From Cyanophora paradoxa CCMP329 (Eukaryota > Plantae > Glaucophyta), in contig QPMI01000413.1 in NCBI GenBank assembly GCA_004431415.1, positions 1 to 64,000 on the forward strand: DNA of 64,000 bases. Reading direction: 5' to 3'. The position numbers and the translations under genes are program-made. Shown piece by piece: positions 26,868-40,000 of this stretch; position 1 is the stretch's first letter, and each line of letters opens with the position of its first letter. The notes under the pieces are model-generated. The model saw only the letters and a program-made list of their open reading frames with translations, did no database searches and was not told where the DNA came from.

Positions 26868-28100
26868 GATAACGTCTGGCAGTACGCACGTTGGCATACA
26901 TGTGGTACTTGCAGTATTCGTGGATGGTGATGCGAACGGGACGTGGACAGAAGAAGGCCGTGTCGCCTGCATGCACGTCCGTGAGTCGCTCAATTGAAAA
27001 GTTGTCCACGGTTTAGATAATTACCTAGTGGGTGCAGCCACACGAATCCACATGGCTCTCCTTGCTCTTCCTCGTCCTTCAGCAGCTTCGTGTTGGTAGA
27101 GGGAATGGTGCGCGCCTCCTCGTTTGCCATCTTCAGAAGTGCGGAATGGCTGACGGGGGCTGCAGGGACAGGGGCGCCGATGACAGCCGAGAGGACTCGG
27201 CGCACTTGATCAGGCTCCATCGGCCAACCCTCCAGTGCCTCCGCATCTTCCTCGACACAGGTGCAGTCGGGAGCAGGCTTGTCACCCTCGTCATGTGGGG
27301 GAGGGGCCGCAGTGCCGTTCCTGCTCGAGCTCATGGCGGCAGGTGCAGGTCGGCCATCACACTCGACGTCGGGGGGCGTCGGCATAGGTACAGGTGGGCT
27401 GTTGGTTGCATCGGCCTTGAAGCGCTCTCGCTCCTGCTGCTCACATTCTTCGCGCTCGTGCTCCTCCCGCTCTATGGCCTCAACAAGGCGCTGAAAATCT
27501 GCTGGGTCCGCCCCCTCGTCCCCAGGAGCTAAAGTCGCAGCACGGGTAAGACAAACAAGTATTAAGCGAATTAAAATTCAATAAATACCACAATACAGTC
27601 CGCCGTGCTGATCATGATTGCACCAGTCCCGTACATAAGCTTTAATCTCTTCAGGTGTTTCGCCCGGCAGCGAATAGACCGTGAGGCGCGTTCCGTTGTA
27701 CCAGATATTGTACTTGCAAAGCCATCGAAGTGCCAAGTACACAACGTGAGGGCGGACGATGTAGAACTGGGTTGCGCCGCCCCGCGGCTTCTCTATATTG
27801 CAAAATAACTTCTTTACGGGTTCGGGTAGAGGATTCAACCCGTACCTAATTTGCCAAGTTAATTATAAGGGGGGAAATACACATCGGAATATGCAGAACT
27901 GATCACGAACCAGCAGACATCCTCCACGTTCGTGGGCGCGAAAACGACCTTCATTCCGCCGCCGTGCTGCCCCTTCTTCCCGCCGCGGTTGTCGCAGTAA
28001 TATGTGTGCTGCGAGCGGCGACAGTAAAACACTGCCGGGCATTAATTTAAAGGGGAATTCAGTGGTCTCAAGGTCGGACAATGAAACACTGAGTGCAACA
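26868..28100 (-). pseudogene. Helitron-type Rep N-terminal region (DUF6570 / start of Helitron_like_N), spliced, 3'-truncated by satellite
   Basis: In order on the minus strand: GKKGQHGGGMKVVFAPTNVEDV, IVRPHVVYLALRWLCKYNIWY (VR..V..AL.WL..N..Y), EPCGFVWLHPLG (FP.LFP.G-like), RPVRITIHEYCKYHMYANVRTARRYP. Segments are separated by short AT-richer intron-like stretches. Confidence 0.7.
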
Positions 28101-29273
28101 GATGATGCGCTTCTCCATGAGAGTGAGGGACTTCAGCACTTCAGCCTCCTCTGCGTCTGGAAGGTCCGCCCAGTCGATCTGCACCTTGTTCTGCGCAACG
28201 CCCCCCACTCACTGCTGAGCTTATTGAAAACGAATTAATATTCGAATTTGCAAGCGAATAATTATAATTCTGTGACTGTATCGCGTGTACAAACTGAATC
28301 GCTACAATTGCAAATATTCACTGCGCACACACCTGCCTCGAGTAAGGGCATATCGGAGGGGCAGGGGGGCCATTCCGAGGCTGGCGGGTCTGCTTCGTAG
28401 TCGGTTCCCGCATGCAAGGCTGGCAGAGCTGCCGCAACAGCGGCGAGCGCTAGCTCGCGGCTGCTGCCGCGGGCGAACAGTTCCCGCGGCCGCGCACGGC
28501 CATGCTGGCTGGGCCGACCATTGCGGCGCGCGATGGCGCTCATCATGACTGAGGACGAACGTCGGCGCCGCGGCTGGCCACGCGCGCACGGGCCGCTATC
28601 GCTGCGCTGGTGCTGGCGTCGCCGTGCGCATGCGGGACACATCGCGGAACGCGCGCGCGCGAACGTGGCCACCTATAGCTAGCGCTAGCTGCAGGCTACG
28701 CACGCAGCATGCGCACTGAGCGCTGCAGCTGCAGCTCGAGCTCCTGCGCAGCTCGAGCTGAGTCGATCCTTGTACCCCTGGTCATGTGGCCCCGCCCCCC
28801 GCGCGCGCCACGGTCCGGGATCCGCGGCCGGCGCGGAGCTTCGATTCATTCTTCTTCTTCTGCGTGGTCATCGCTTCTGTTAAGTCAAAGGTCAAACATG
28901 ACCTGTACCCCCTCAGTCTTTCGGCCAATCGGTTCCAGGTGACCGTTACGGTGCCAGCGCGCGTCCGCCCGACCATATCAATGAATTCGCACACACCGAG
29001 ACAAATGGCTAGAGGTATAACTGAGGTGTCCATCTGTGTCAAGTCGAGAGATGAACCTACGGGACTAAGCCTTTCGGACATCGGACCGGGTGGAGCTCGT
29101 GCGTCCGCCCGACCGGCGGCGCCGGACCTACAGAGCTTGTCTACAATCATTATTCGTGATTGAACAAGGATTTCTGCCACTCCGGGCTCCTTAGAGTGCG
29201 TGGTTTCAACTGGTTTGGCCAATCTGTGTACGGACGCAGGTCCCATGAAACCTAGAGAGTGTCCCCCTTTAAG

Positions 29274-30300
29274 CTAACTGGGGGGGTACACTCTGACGAC
29301 GAAGGATGGGTCGCATCGTGGCACTCCGAAGAGCTTCAGTTGGTCGTCCTTTGACTTGAGGGCGATCTGTACGGTGCGGTGATGCGCGAAAGTGCTCGTC
29401 TTGGCCGAGTCAGCCAAGAAACCGATCGCCCGCGCCTGACACAGCTCGTACAGCCAGGTGCTGGCCTCGGCGTCCGTCATGTGCTTCTTCGTCATGGCCT
29501 CCACGTCGTCTATGTAGAACTCCGCCCTGTACGACGAGGAGGTGACCGCGGGCGTGGACTTGGTCCTGAGCGTCGCCAGGGCCTTCGCTTGCGCGTTCGG
29601 CGAGGGCGCCGGCGCCGCGGGGTTGCCCGCTTTGCCTACGCAGGTATCAGATGTGCGACTACATGTATCATATAACCTCGCTGTGCGCCGCGCACCGTGC
29701 ATGAGGGCTTTCATGGCCGCGCTGGCCTCCGGCCCCGCTGAGGCGGACTTGCGTGGGACCGGGGGGAGCGAGTTGAGGCCTTTCGTGAGCTCGTCCACGT
29801 CTGCCATTGCGGTCAGATTCGGCAGCGCGCGGGCCCGGGTGTGGGCCGTACCGCTGTCTGCCACCTCGGCCTCCTCTTGGTTTCCTGGGTCTCCAGCCCT
29901 GTTTTCGGGTTGTTCTGTAGCGCCGATTAGTGAGCGAGAAGTGTGCAAGCGCTGTCTCGCGGGCTCACTTTCTTTCTTCTTCTCCGCTGTCTTGAGCTTG
30001 CGCTCAACTATAGGGCGGATGCGCGCGTCCCATTCTTCCAGTGTGGCCTCGTTAAGATTGAAGTGGTTCCACATCGCACTTGTCACTGAGTAGAGTCTCT
30101 CCGCCGCCAGGTCGTCTGCGCTAAGGCCTCCGAATACGCGGAACTGCGGCAGGTCTGCAGTAAGCAGCTGCGGTTGTATATGCAGTAGGGCGGTTCTCAC
30201 CTTCTCATGGCGCGTGACTGCAAAGAGGACGAGCTCCAGAGGCGGCCGGACAGGCTGGGCTCCTATCATGTGTTCCGGGGGCGGCAACTCGGAGCTAGTT
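29274..30300 (-). CDS. Hypothetical protein (complex part of ORF 29274-30758)
   Basis: Long open frame with globular-looking, non-low-complexity segments (LVLFAVTRHEKVRTALLHI..., AEFYIDDVEAM...WLYELCQARAIGFLAD). No family recognised. Confidence 0.35.
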
Positions 30301-33300
30301 GGTTCTCCCCAAAAGCTGGTTCTCTCGGACGGCCTTGAGCGCGAATGGTGCGGAGGTGGTCCGCCTCCAGCTTGGGGAGCTGGGCCCCCGGCAGCGTCCC
30401 CGGCACCCCGCCCGGCCACTCGCGCTCCGGGGTCGCCTGGTAGCGGGCGAGCAGGGGCCAGCTCGCCTTGGCGGCCGGCGCGCGCAGGGGCCGTACAGCG
30501 CCGCCGCCGCGTGCACCGCCGAGCGCGGGGCCGGCGCCAGCGCGTCCTCCAGCTGGGTACACGTTCGGCTGGGGTAAGGGGGGGGATGGGTAGTAGCGGC
30601 GAACGGGAAGGGAGGGCTCGGGCGCGGGGCGGGGCCACTGGTCCTCGCGGGCCCGGGGCGCCCCCTGGAAGCGCCGGAGGAGCGGCCGCCTGCCCCGCCG
30701 CTCCACCCGACATCGGCTTGAGGAGCGGGGAGGGAGGGGGATGGAAGAAGGGGCGCACCTCGCCGCGGAGGTCGGCTGCGCACCGGAGGAGGGCCGCGAG
30801 GGCCTCCCCAGCGGCCTTCTCCTTCTCCTTGTCCCGGGCCCCCGCGCCGCCCCCGCCGCCGGCCGGTGCAGGGAGGAGGGCCCTCAGCTGCCCCGGCAGC
30901 GCCTCCGGCTCGCCCCCGTCCAGCGCCCCGTCCCCGTCCCGGTCCCTGGGGTACCGGGTTCAACGGGAGGGGGCGGAAGGAGCGCAGAAGGGGCACGGGG
31001 CACCATGGATCGGCGGCGACGGCGCGCAGGGACTCCTCTGCGCACCGCTCGACGAGGAGGTGCGCATCCTGCGGGGGGCGCGTGCAAGGGCGTTGGAGAT
31101 CGAGGGGGGGAAGGAATGGTAGGGGGTACGGGGAAGCGCACCTCCTTGGAGCGGAAGCGGCGGCGTGCCTGGGCGCGGAGGGCGTCGGGGCACGTCTCCG
31201 CCGCCTGCACGGGGCACGTTCGACGTTTGCACGGAGGGCGCCCCGGACGTCGACGGCGGGGCGCCCACCTGTTGTGGCTGTTGTGGCCTGTCTCAGCGGG
31301 CTTGCCGTTCGCGGGCTTGCTGCTGCTCGCGACCCGGAGCTCCGCCTTGTGCGCCTCGCCCCGCCGCGCCCACGCCGGGTCGCTTCCGTTCGCCCTGCGG
31401 CCGCGGCCGAGCTCGAGGCGTCGCACGGCGTCGCCGAGGGCGCCGGCGGGCGGGCGGGCGAGCGGGCGGGCGGGGCGCACCACGTGTAGACGACGCCGAC
31501 GAGGTCGTCCGAGGCGTCCGAGGCGCCGGCCACCGCCCCCGCCGGCCGCCGAGAAGCGCGTCAGCTCCGCCCGCACAGCGCGCAGCACCTGCGCCGCAAC
31601 GCGCCGGCGCAGGTCGGCGAAACGAACGGAAGCTCGAGCGGGGCGGAAGAGGGAGGGGGGGGGAGCGGGGGGGGGGGGGGGGGGGGTTGGCGGGCGGGGA
31701 AGGGGGAAACGGCCCTACCCGCTCAGACGACGCGAGCTTGGCCGCGAGGCGCTCCGCGGAGACGTCCGCCGCCGCCGCCACCCCGCCCGCGCGGAGCTGG
31801 AGCCCCGCCACGGCCCGCAGCAGAGGCTCGACCCCGGCCGGCGGCGGCCAGAGCGGCTCCTCCGCCGCCGCCTCCTCGGGGGCCTCCCCTGCAGCGAGCG
31901 AGCAGGAGTGGGCGAAGGGCTCCGCGTGTCCTCAAACCAGGCGGGCGGAGGGGGCGGGCGCCGCTGACCGGGGCCCGCGGCGGGCGGGTGGTGGCGTTGG
32001 CGCCTGCCGCGAAAGAGAAGAAGAAGCAAGACACTAGCGCAAACGTGAACTGCGTAGCGAAGATCAAGAAGCTTCAGGGGGAAAGGAGGGGACAGGCGGG
32101 GACGAACCACAAGTCTGATTGCGCGCTCTGCAGAACCGGAGCTTGAGCCTCCTTCTGCGTCGGAGCCGTGCGGATGCGGGGAGCTTGAGCCTCCTTCTGC
32201 GTCGGAGCCGTGCGGGTGCGGGGAGCCGTAGCTATACGTATGGCTGCCTGGTCTGAGAGTTGCAGGTCGCTGCAGGGGCAAAGCGCCGCAAAAGCAGAGG
32301 CTCCCTCGCGTGGCGCCGAAGCGAAGTCGCTGGCGGTGAGCAGCGGCAGCGCGCTTCGAATTCGATCGAATTCAATAGCAAAACGCTGTTGCTGTGATGA
32401 AAGCGCGCTCAGCGACGCAGCGCCGACGATCGGACGCTTCCGACGCTGGCAATGGGGGGTAGCCGTAGTCCTAAATTAGGGGGTAAGCAAACACAAAGGA
32501 GCTGCAGCTGCCTCTGTGGATCCGGAGCTGTGCACCGAGCAACACGGAATTCGAAGTTTTCACCAAGCAACACGCCAGCTCTCGCTGAGCCGTGACCGAG
32601 TCCCGAAGTCCCGAAGTTCGAAACGACCTCGCTCAGCCCTGCGGCTTGCCATGGAATCCAGGTGCGCGAAAGCGCGCCCGCCCGCGCATGCGAGTGTCTC
32701 AAAGGCTCAGCCGCAGGCGGACCGCGAGCTACATCGAAGAGACCGCACGCCTGGCACGCTTGGCCCTCGGCCCGACGGGCGCGCCCTTCGAAGTCCCGCG
32801 GCACGCGTTCGCCGCGGCTGCGTGTGCGCGGGAGGACGCTGGAGTCGCGGCCTGGGACGCGCCGGTGCACGTGCCCGCACCGCGCCGCGCTCCGGGGGCC
32901 CGACGGGGCGCGCGGCGCCTCCGATCGCGCAGGCGCCAGCTGCAGGCGGCCGGCTCCACGACGGTCTCTGGGTCCGGGGCTACCCCGCGCCGGGGCCCCT
33001 CTACGGCGCCGAGCTCCAGCCGCCGGCGCCGCGGGCCGGGCCGGGCCCCTCTCCCGGCCGCCTCGGGGCTGGGGCTGTGCCCGCGGGGGCCGAGGTGCCG
33101 CCGGCCGCGGGGGAGGGGCACGCGGGCCCGGCCGCCCCGCTCCCCGCCGCGCACGTGCGCCCCTCCGCCCCCGGGCCCGGGGCCGGCGCCGGGCCGCTCT
33201 CATCTGTGTTCTTCGAAGCCCGAAAGCTGTTCAACGTTGCATAACTCCGAACCCGTTAACTCTGAATTCGTTAGTTCGTAAAATTCACCCCATAAAGCCT

Positions 33301-33331
33301 CGAAGTCGATGAAGGGTCTCCGTTTCTGATC

Positions 33332-34030
33332 ATGAACCGTCGCGACCGTCGAACGGCGGATGGCGCGGCTGCGCGCCTCCCGCCCGCCCTCGGCGCGCTC
33401 ACCCCGCGCCCCCGCCCGCAGGCGCCGGCCCGACCGCCCCCCACGCGGGAGGCCATCGCCGCCCTCTTCCACCTCCCCGTCCCCGTGCCCGCCCCGCCCC
33501 GCCCCGCCCCGCCCGCCCCGCGCGGGCCGACTCGGGCGCAGGAGGCGGCGCGGGCGCTGAGCCTCGGGGCGACGACCTTCAAGCGGCTCTGCCGGGAGGC
33601 CGGCATCGCCCGCTGGCCCCACCGCAAGCTCGACGCCCTCGCCCGCTGGGGCGCCCGCGCCGACGTGCCCCGCCCGCCCCCCGCCCCTTCAACGCGCGCC
33701 GAGGCGGCGCGGCAGGCGGCGCTGGCGCTGGGGCCGGGGGGTCGCCCCGGGGCTGGACCGGGCGGCCCTCGCGGCGGCGCGGCGCGCGCTGCTCGCCGCC
33801 GCCGCGCGCGTCCGCGCCGACCCATCCGCCTCCGGTGCGCCCCCGCCGCCCCCGCCCGCCCCGCGCAGGCGCGCGCCCGCCCGACCCGCCGCAGTGACGG
33901 GGCCATTGCTGGTCGTGCGGAAGATCCTCGGGCCCCACGGGCTGTAGCTGGCGCCGGGGCCCGCCCCCGGCCGCCCCGGGGCCAAGTTAAGGCCCCCTCC
34001 GCCGCCGACGTCGCGGCATTCGCGTACTGA
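33332..34030 (+). CDS. RWP-RK domain transcription factor
   Basis: Removing the in-frame 57-nt GT-AG intron 33485-33541 gives TREAIAALFHLPVPEAARALSLGATTFKRLCREAGIARWPHRKL, which matches the RWP-RK consensus. Gene ends are uncertain. Confidence 0.85.
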   Translation: MNRRDRRTADGAAARLPPALGALTPRPRPQAPARPPPTREAIAALFHLPVPVPAPPRPAPPAPRGPTRAQEAARALSLGATTFKRLCREAGIARWPHRKLDALARWGARADVPRPPPAPSTRAEAARQAALALGPGGRPGAGPGGPRGGAARAARRRRARPRRPIRLRCAPAAPARPAQARARPTRRSDGAIAGRAEDPRAPRAVAGAGARPRPPRGQVKAPSAADVAAFAY

Positions 34031-37000
34031 ATGAAGTAAATGAATATTAATATTGTGATTCAATGATTGAGTCAGCATGTACACGCGCACTTGGACACGC
34101 TTGAGCCCATAAAGACGGAACTAAACGAAGGAGCTCGAGGGAAGAGTGATCATGGGACGGGCACACATTTTAAATTTACAGACGGGCCGGCGCACACATT
34201 TTACGTGCACGTGGCCGTGGGCCACGAGCGGAAGGCCGCTCGGCCGAGCTCGCGCTCGGTGCGACTCATGCGTCCGACTTCGCGGCCAGCTGCCGCGGGG
34301 GCGGGTGCCTGGCCGCCCCCCCCGCAGGGCCCACCCCGCTGCGCGAGTCGGCGGAGGGCGGGCACCGCCGGGGCGGGCGGGCCGGGGCCGGGCGCGGGGC
34401 GGCGGAGGGGAGGGCGGCGGCGGCGGGGCGGGCGGGCCGGACACGGGCGGCCGGCCCGCCGCGGGACCCGGGGCCGGCTGGAGGGCGGCGGGGGCGAGGG
34501 CGGGGCGGGGCGGGCGGGGCGGGCGGGGCGCACGGCGGCGGCGGGGCGGGACCGGAGGCGGACGGCCTCAGCGAGCGAGCGCGCCTCGATGCCCCCGGCC
34601 GGCCCGGCCGACACACCCGAAGGGCAGCCTCGGGGGCGAGCGGAGCGGTCGGGGCGGAATGTTGGACTCGGGGGGTAGCGCGGGCCCGGGCGGAGCGCTC
34701 CCGCCGCCCCGCCGGCGTGCGGGGGGCCTCCGAAGAAGGGGAAAGAGCGGAGAGGGCGGCTCCCCCCAGAAGCCCCCCTCGAGGGCGGCGGGCAGCGGGG
34801 CGTCGGGGGCGGCAGGTGCGGCGGGGGCGGGGCGCGGGTCGGCCACCCACGCGACCGGCCCGCCCTCCCTGCGCGCAGCGTCAGCGCCGCCCGTAGTGAA
34901 CGACCGCGGGGGAGCCCCGCGGGGCGCACGGGAGGCGGCGGGGAGGGCGGGCGCCGGGCGGCAGCGGCGGCACCGCTGCGCGGGGTGGGGATCGGGCAGG
35001 GGCGGGCAGGGGCGGGCCGCGCGGCGAGGGGCGGGGCCGCACGGGCGAGCGCGCGATCCCCGTAGGGACAGGAGGATCCGGGGCAGTCGGCGCGCACCGG
35101 GGGGCGCGCGGGGCGTGAGCGGCGCGCGGCGCGCGGGGCGCGGCACCGGGGGCGCGCCGCGCTCGTCGCGTGGCCCGGCACCGCGCGCGCAGCCGGCGCC
35201 GCCGGCGGGCGGGCGGGCTGCCCTGCGCCGCTTGGGCCGGCCGGAAGGGCACGACCTTGGACTGCGCGGAAGGGCACGACCTTGGACTGCGCGGGGCCCG
35301 CTCGGCGGGGGCGACGCGGCCCGGCCAGCACACCGACCTGGTTGCCCCCGATGAAGAAGGGCTCTGCCGCAGCGCAGGACTCGTCACCTCGCAAGGCGCG
35401 TGGCAGTGATCGCGGGGCAGTGCCGACCTCCGGTCTGCCCGTGGATGTGATCCGTTCTGGATGCGCTCCCCCGCGGCCGCGTACATGTGCGATGGCGCGG
35501 ATGCGTGCGTCAAGCGCTGATCGCAGATCTCGGGAGTAGGCGTCGCGAAGCATGGGCGTCGGACTAGCTAGATAAAGCTAGCAAGGCCGCCGGCTCTAAT
35601 CCAGCCAACTGCGGCGGTTCAGGACCGAGACCAAGACTGTGACGAGCCTTTTAATCCGTGTAGCCGTCTAGTGGGTGTCAATGTACCCCAGTGCGCACTG
35701 CCGGCGTCTGCCGCCGCTGCGCCGCGCGCCCGCGCGCGGCCGGCCGGCCGTTTTAAATTTCCTGATCTCGGCGCTGCAGCTGCGCGCCGTCGTCGTGTGC
35801 GCATGCAGAGCGGACTCGTCTTCGATACGCCAACTCACAAGTAAGCACACTTTGACTAGTAAGCACACCTGTAATAACAATATAAATATCGCCTCGCGCC
35901 TAACTATTCTATAACTAATCCCCCGCCCGACGTCGACCCGAGCCTCGCGCCGCCCGACAGGCCGGCCGGCCGCGCGCGCGCGGCCGCCGTCGGCCGTTTC
36001 CTGATCATGACCTCCACCTCGCCGAGTCGATCGCACGCCAGCTGCAGGCCCGCCGCGGCGCGGCCTCTCGCGCGCGCCCCTCGCCTCGCCTGGGAGGGCG
36101 CCGCCGCGGCCGGGCTTTACGCCGGACTCCCTTGAGCCCGGCCGAGAGGACAGCTCAAGCTTCGCCGTCGCAGGCTCCGGACGCGGTGCCCGATCGCCCG
36201 CGCATCGCCGAAGGCCACGCTGGCGTGCGCCGCCTCCGCACCTCGCCCCTGCGTCGCGCCCGCTCACTCCTCCTCCCGCATGCAGCCCGCCCTTACAACG
36301 CCGCGGCTGGCCCCGGCGTCGCCCAGGGCAGCTCGGACGACTCCAGCGCCCCGGCGGCGGCAGCGGTGGCGGCAGCGCGTCGGTGCCGGGCTCGCGCGCG
36401 TGCCGGAGGGTCGGCGGCGGGGCGTCGGAAGCTACGGCGGGGCGGGATCCTGGCGCAGGTCCGGGGCGGCAGCGGGGGCGGCAGAGGGGCGGGCGGGGGC
36501 GGCGGCGGCGCGGGGAGCGGCTCGCCCGAGGCCGCTGGGGAGGGGTACGAGGAGGTCGAGTTGGAGGAGGCGGCGGCGGCGGCGGCGGCGGTGGAAGAAG
36601 AAGAGGATCGGGAGGAGGAGAAGCGCAGGACGCCCCGCGCGCGGCGAACGCCCTCGAAGCGTCCGCCCCCCGCCCCCGCCCCTGCACCCGACCCGCCCGA
36701 GGCCGGCGCAGGGGCCTCCCCGCCCCCCTACGCACTCCGGCCTCCCGGCCGGAGGCCGCCGCGCCGCAGGCCTCACCGCGGCGGCCGCGGCGCCCGCCCG
36801 CGGAGGAGGCCGGCGGCGGCGGCGACGTGGAGGGGGAGGGGCCGCCGCCGGGAGGAGGCGGGGGCGGGGGCGGCCTCGTGGAGGTGGTCGTCGACGAGGA
36901 GGAAGAGGAGAGGAGGCGGGCCCTGCGGTGCGCCCTCCGCCCCGCCCCGCCCCGCCCGGCTCGGAGGGCGAGCCGGGGGCACCCCCAGGAGGCGGAGGGC

Positions 37001-40000
37001 GTCCAAGGCGGGGGACGGGGCGCGGTGGCGGGGGGGGCGAGGAGGTGCGCGCTCGATCGGCGGCCCGCGCCTCCGGCGCCGCGCCGCTGAGGCGCGGGCT
37101 CCGCAGGCGGCGGGGGACGAGGCCGAGGAGCCCGAGGAGGTGGGGGGGGGGGGGGGGGGGGGGGAGAAGAGGCGGAGGAGGAGAGGAGAGGGGCCCCGCC
37201 CGCCCTCGGGCGGCCCCCGCCGGCCGCCCCGCCGCCGGCGGCCATCCTCCGGCCGGCCCCCGCGCCCGGCGCACCGGAGACCCTCCTCCGCTTTCGCTCC
37301 TGTGCCCAGGACCCCGTCGACCGGCCCCTTGCACCCCGGTCCACCCGACCCCATTGAAATCCCCCGGAGACTCACTCTCCCACGCCCCGCGCCCGGCCCT
37401 GTACCCCGAGGTCGACGCCCCCGCCCTCTCCCCCGACTCCACCCCCGTGCCCGTGGACCAGCACCCTCCGCGGGCTGGCCCCCGCCCCTCCCCCTCCTTC
37501 CGAGCCGGAGCCCGTTCAGCCCGCGCCTCCGCCCCCGCTAGCGCTGCCGCCCTCCCCGCCTCCCGCCCCCGACCCCGCCGAGGGCGCCGGCTGCTCCCCT
37601 CTTCCTCCACCCCGTCCCCTCGCTCGCCGTGTCGAGCCTCGGGCCCCGGCCCCACGGCCCCGCGGCCGGCGCCCCGGCGCGCCCCCTCCGCGCCGCTCTT
37701 CGCGCTGCGGCCGGCCCTCGACCCTCCCTCCCGCGCGGACCTCTACGGCCGCATCGCCCGCGAGGCGCGCCGGGCCCGCCCGAAGCCTTGGAGTACTGCA
37801 CGGGCTCACGGCGCAGGATGCAGGCAGGAGCCGTACTGCGGGGACCGGCGGGGCGTGCCGGCGCGCCCGCGCCACTTCCCCGAGACCCCCGCCCTCCCCG
37901 AGTGCCCCGCCCCCCTTCCCCTTCCGTCCCCCTCTAAGAACTCACCCCCCCGCGGTCAGGTTCGACACGCGGGGGAGGGTGACGAAGGCGCGGGGGAGGC
38001 GGGGTCTGCCGCCGGTGCCGGGGCCCCGCGGCCTCGCCCACCGACGCGGTCTGCTGGCGCGCTCCCGCCCCGCCCCGCCCCGTGCCCCACGCATACACCC
38101 TCCTCTGAGGCGGGGGCGGGAGGCGGGTGTGCGCGGTGACGCCGGCGCGCAAGCCGCCGCCGGCGGGGCGGGGAGCGCGGGGGTGGCTCGAGCGCGGGGC
38201 CGAGGGCTCTCCGCCGCCTCCCAGCGCAGCGCCGCCAAGGCCGTACATCGTACTGTTGGGCATTCTATGAGGGGCCTCGCGGCGAGTCCTTGGCCCCCCT
38301 CGCCAACCGCGCCCCAGGAAGCCGCCTCCTTGGATTCCCTCTCCTCCCCTTGCCCCCCCACTTCTTATCGTCTTTGTCCTTCCCCCCTCTCTCGGATGGT
38401 TGCGGAAACGCGCACCGCCCTCTCTCTGACGTCGGGGCGCAGGCGGAGCGGGAGGACTCGTGCGGGCGGCTGGTGCTGGCGGGGGCGGGCGGCGCCGGCG
38501 CCAACGACCCCACCCCCTTCGCCGACGGCGGCACCCAGGCGCCCGCTCCCGCCCCGCCCCACCTGGTTCGTCCTAGCTGAACCTGTACTCGCTTCGCAGC
38601 TGTCGCTGCTGAAGGGGCCCCGCGCCTCTCGCTCCTATCGAAGCGCGTCGCGGCGGTGGCCTCGACCGCCCCGGCGGTTGCGGCGGCGGCAAAGGCGGCG
38701 GCGGCGAGGCCTGCAGCAGGGTGGCAGGGGGAGGAGAGGTGCGCGCGAGCCGCCCCCTCTCCCCGCCACGCCCGCCCTGAGCTGACTGCAGGGGCGCAGG
38801 GTCACGCCGCCGAAGCGGAGCGCCGACCCCGGGACGCCGGAGGGGAGCGGCCGCCCTCGCCCAAGCACTGCGAGGGTAACTCTTCGGAGGAGGGGCGGCG
38901 GGGGCGCAAAGGCCTCCCGCCCCGCCGCCGAGTCGCCAACACGCTCCTCGGCGGGCGCTGCCGCCTCTGCCGCTTCGGCCGGCGGCTCGGGCGCGGCCCG
39001 GTCGGAGGGGTCCTCGGGGGGTACGGGACCGTCGGAGGGCGGGGCGGGGGCCCCGCTGGAGCCGCCGGAGCCGCCGAGCACCACGTGGGCCAGCAGGTTG
39101 CCCCCCTGAGGCGAGGCTCCTTTCCCTTCTGCTTCGCCCCTTCTTTCTCTGTCTTCATTGACCTGTTCGGCAGCATCGAGGTGCACGCCAACATGCACCT
39201 CGGCAGCTTCGGGGGCTCGCCTCGGCATCGATATCCTCAAGCTCCGTGTCGAGCCCCTGCCCCGCCCCCCTCCCCCGCGCTCCGTCCTCGCCTGACTCGT
39301 CGCCTCTCGCTCGCAGCAGGACCGGAGTCGCAGCAGGCGGGAGGCAGCCGCCCCATCCGCGCCACGCCCGCCTCCCTCCCCCTCGGCCCCTCCCCTCCCC
39401 GACCTCGCCCTCCCTCTTCCCCTCCCTCCGAGGCTCGCCTGGCCATCCTTCTCGCCTGGAGCTCGGCGCCGGCTGCAGGCCTCCTCGAGCTCCCCGAATT
39501 GAAGGTGGCGTCACCGGTGCCGGCGACAGCGACGTCGGCCCCGCTCCGCGACGCGCCCGCCAGCGCAGCGCATCCGGAGCTCCCGCCCCGTCCCCGCCCT
39601 GTGCGCCGCACGCCGGCCGCGCGGTCGCGAGCTCGAGGGCGCCGGCTGATCATGATGCGGGCGCCGGCGCCTCGCGCTGCGGGAGCTGGACCGCCGGTGC
39701 CGGCGCAGGCCTGGGGCCGCGGGCCCCCAGCCCGCAGCCTGCGCCTGCCATTCCTCGGAGCTCGCTCGGACCCTGCAGCCTCAGGGCCCGTAAGGGGCCA
39801 AAACATGTCGGATTTGCGCCCGAATTTTGTTTCGACCCGGGACTTTGCAGGCATGCCTGTGAAGGTCATACGAGTGCATGCCTAAAGTTTCGTTTTTGGG
39901 CGGGGGCATATATACGGGAATATCCCCAGCAGGTTGAGCATATTATATTTGGGGGGTTCCGTGCTGGGGGGGTACGTGCTGGACCTGGTCCGATTTAGGA

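Noticed and set aside
31655-37164. Poly-G runs (31655-31686, 37142-37164) and short duplications (~32138-32215, 35243-35292)
   Set aside because: Ordinary slippage or low-complexity features; run lengths are unreliable in this assembly.
30214-40000. Very long ORFs (400-600 aa) on both strands
   Set aside because: Low-complexity P/R/A/G translations expected at extreme GC. Real exons may be hidden, but none could be supported apart from RWP-RK.
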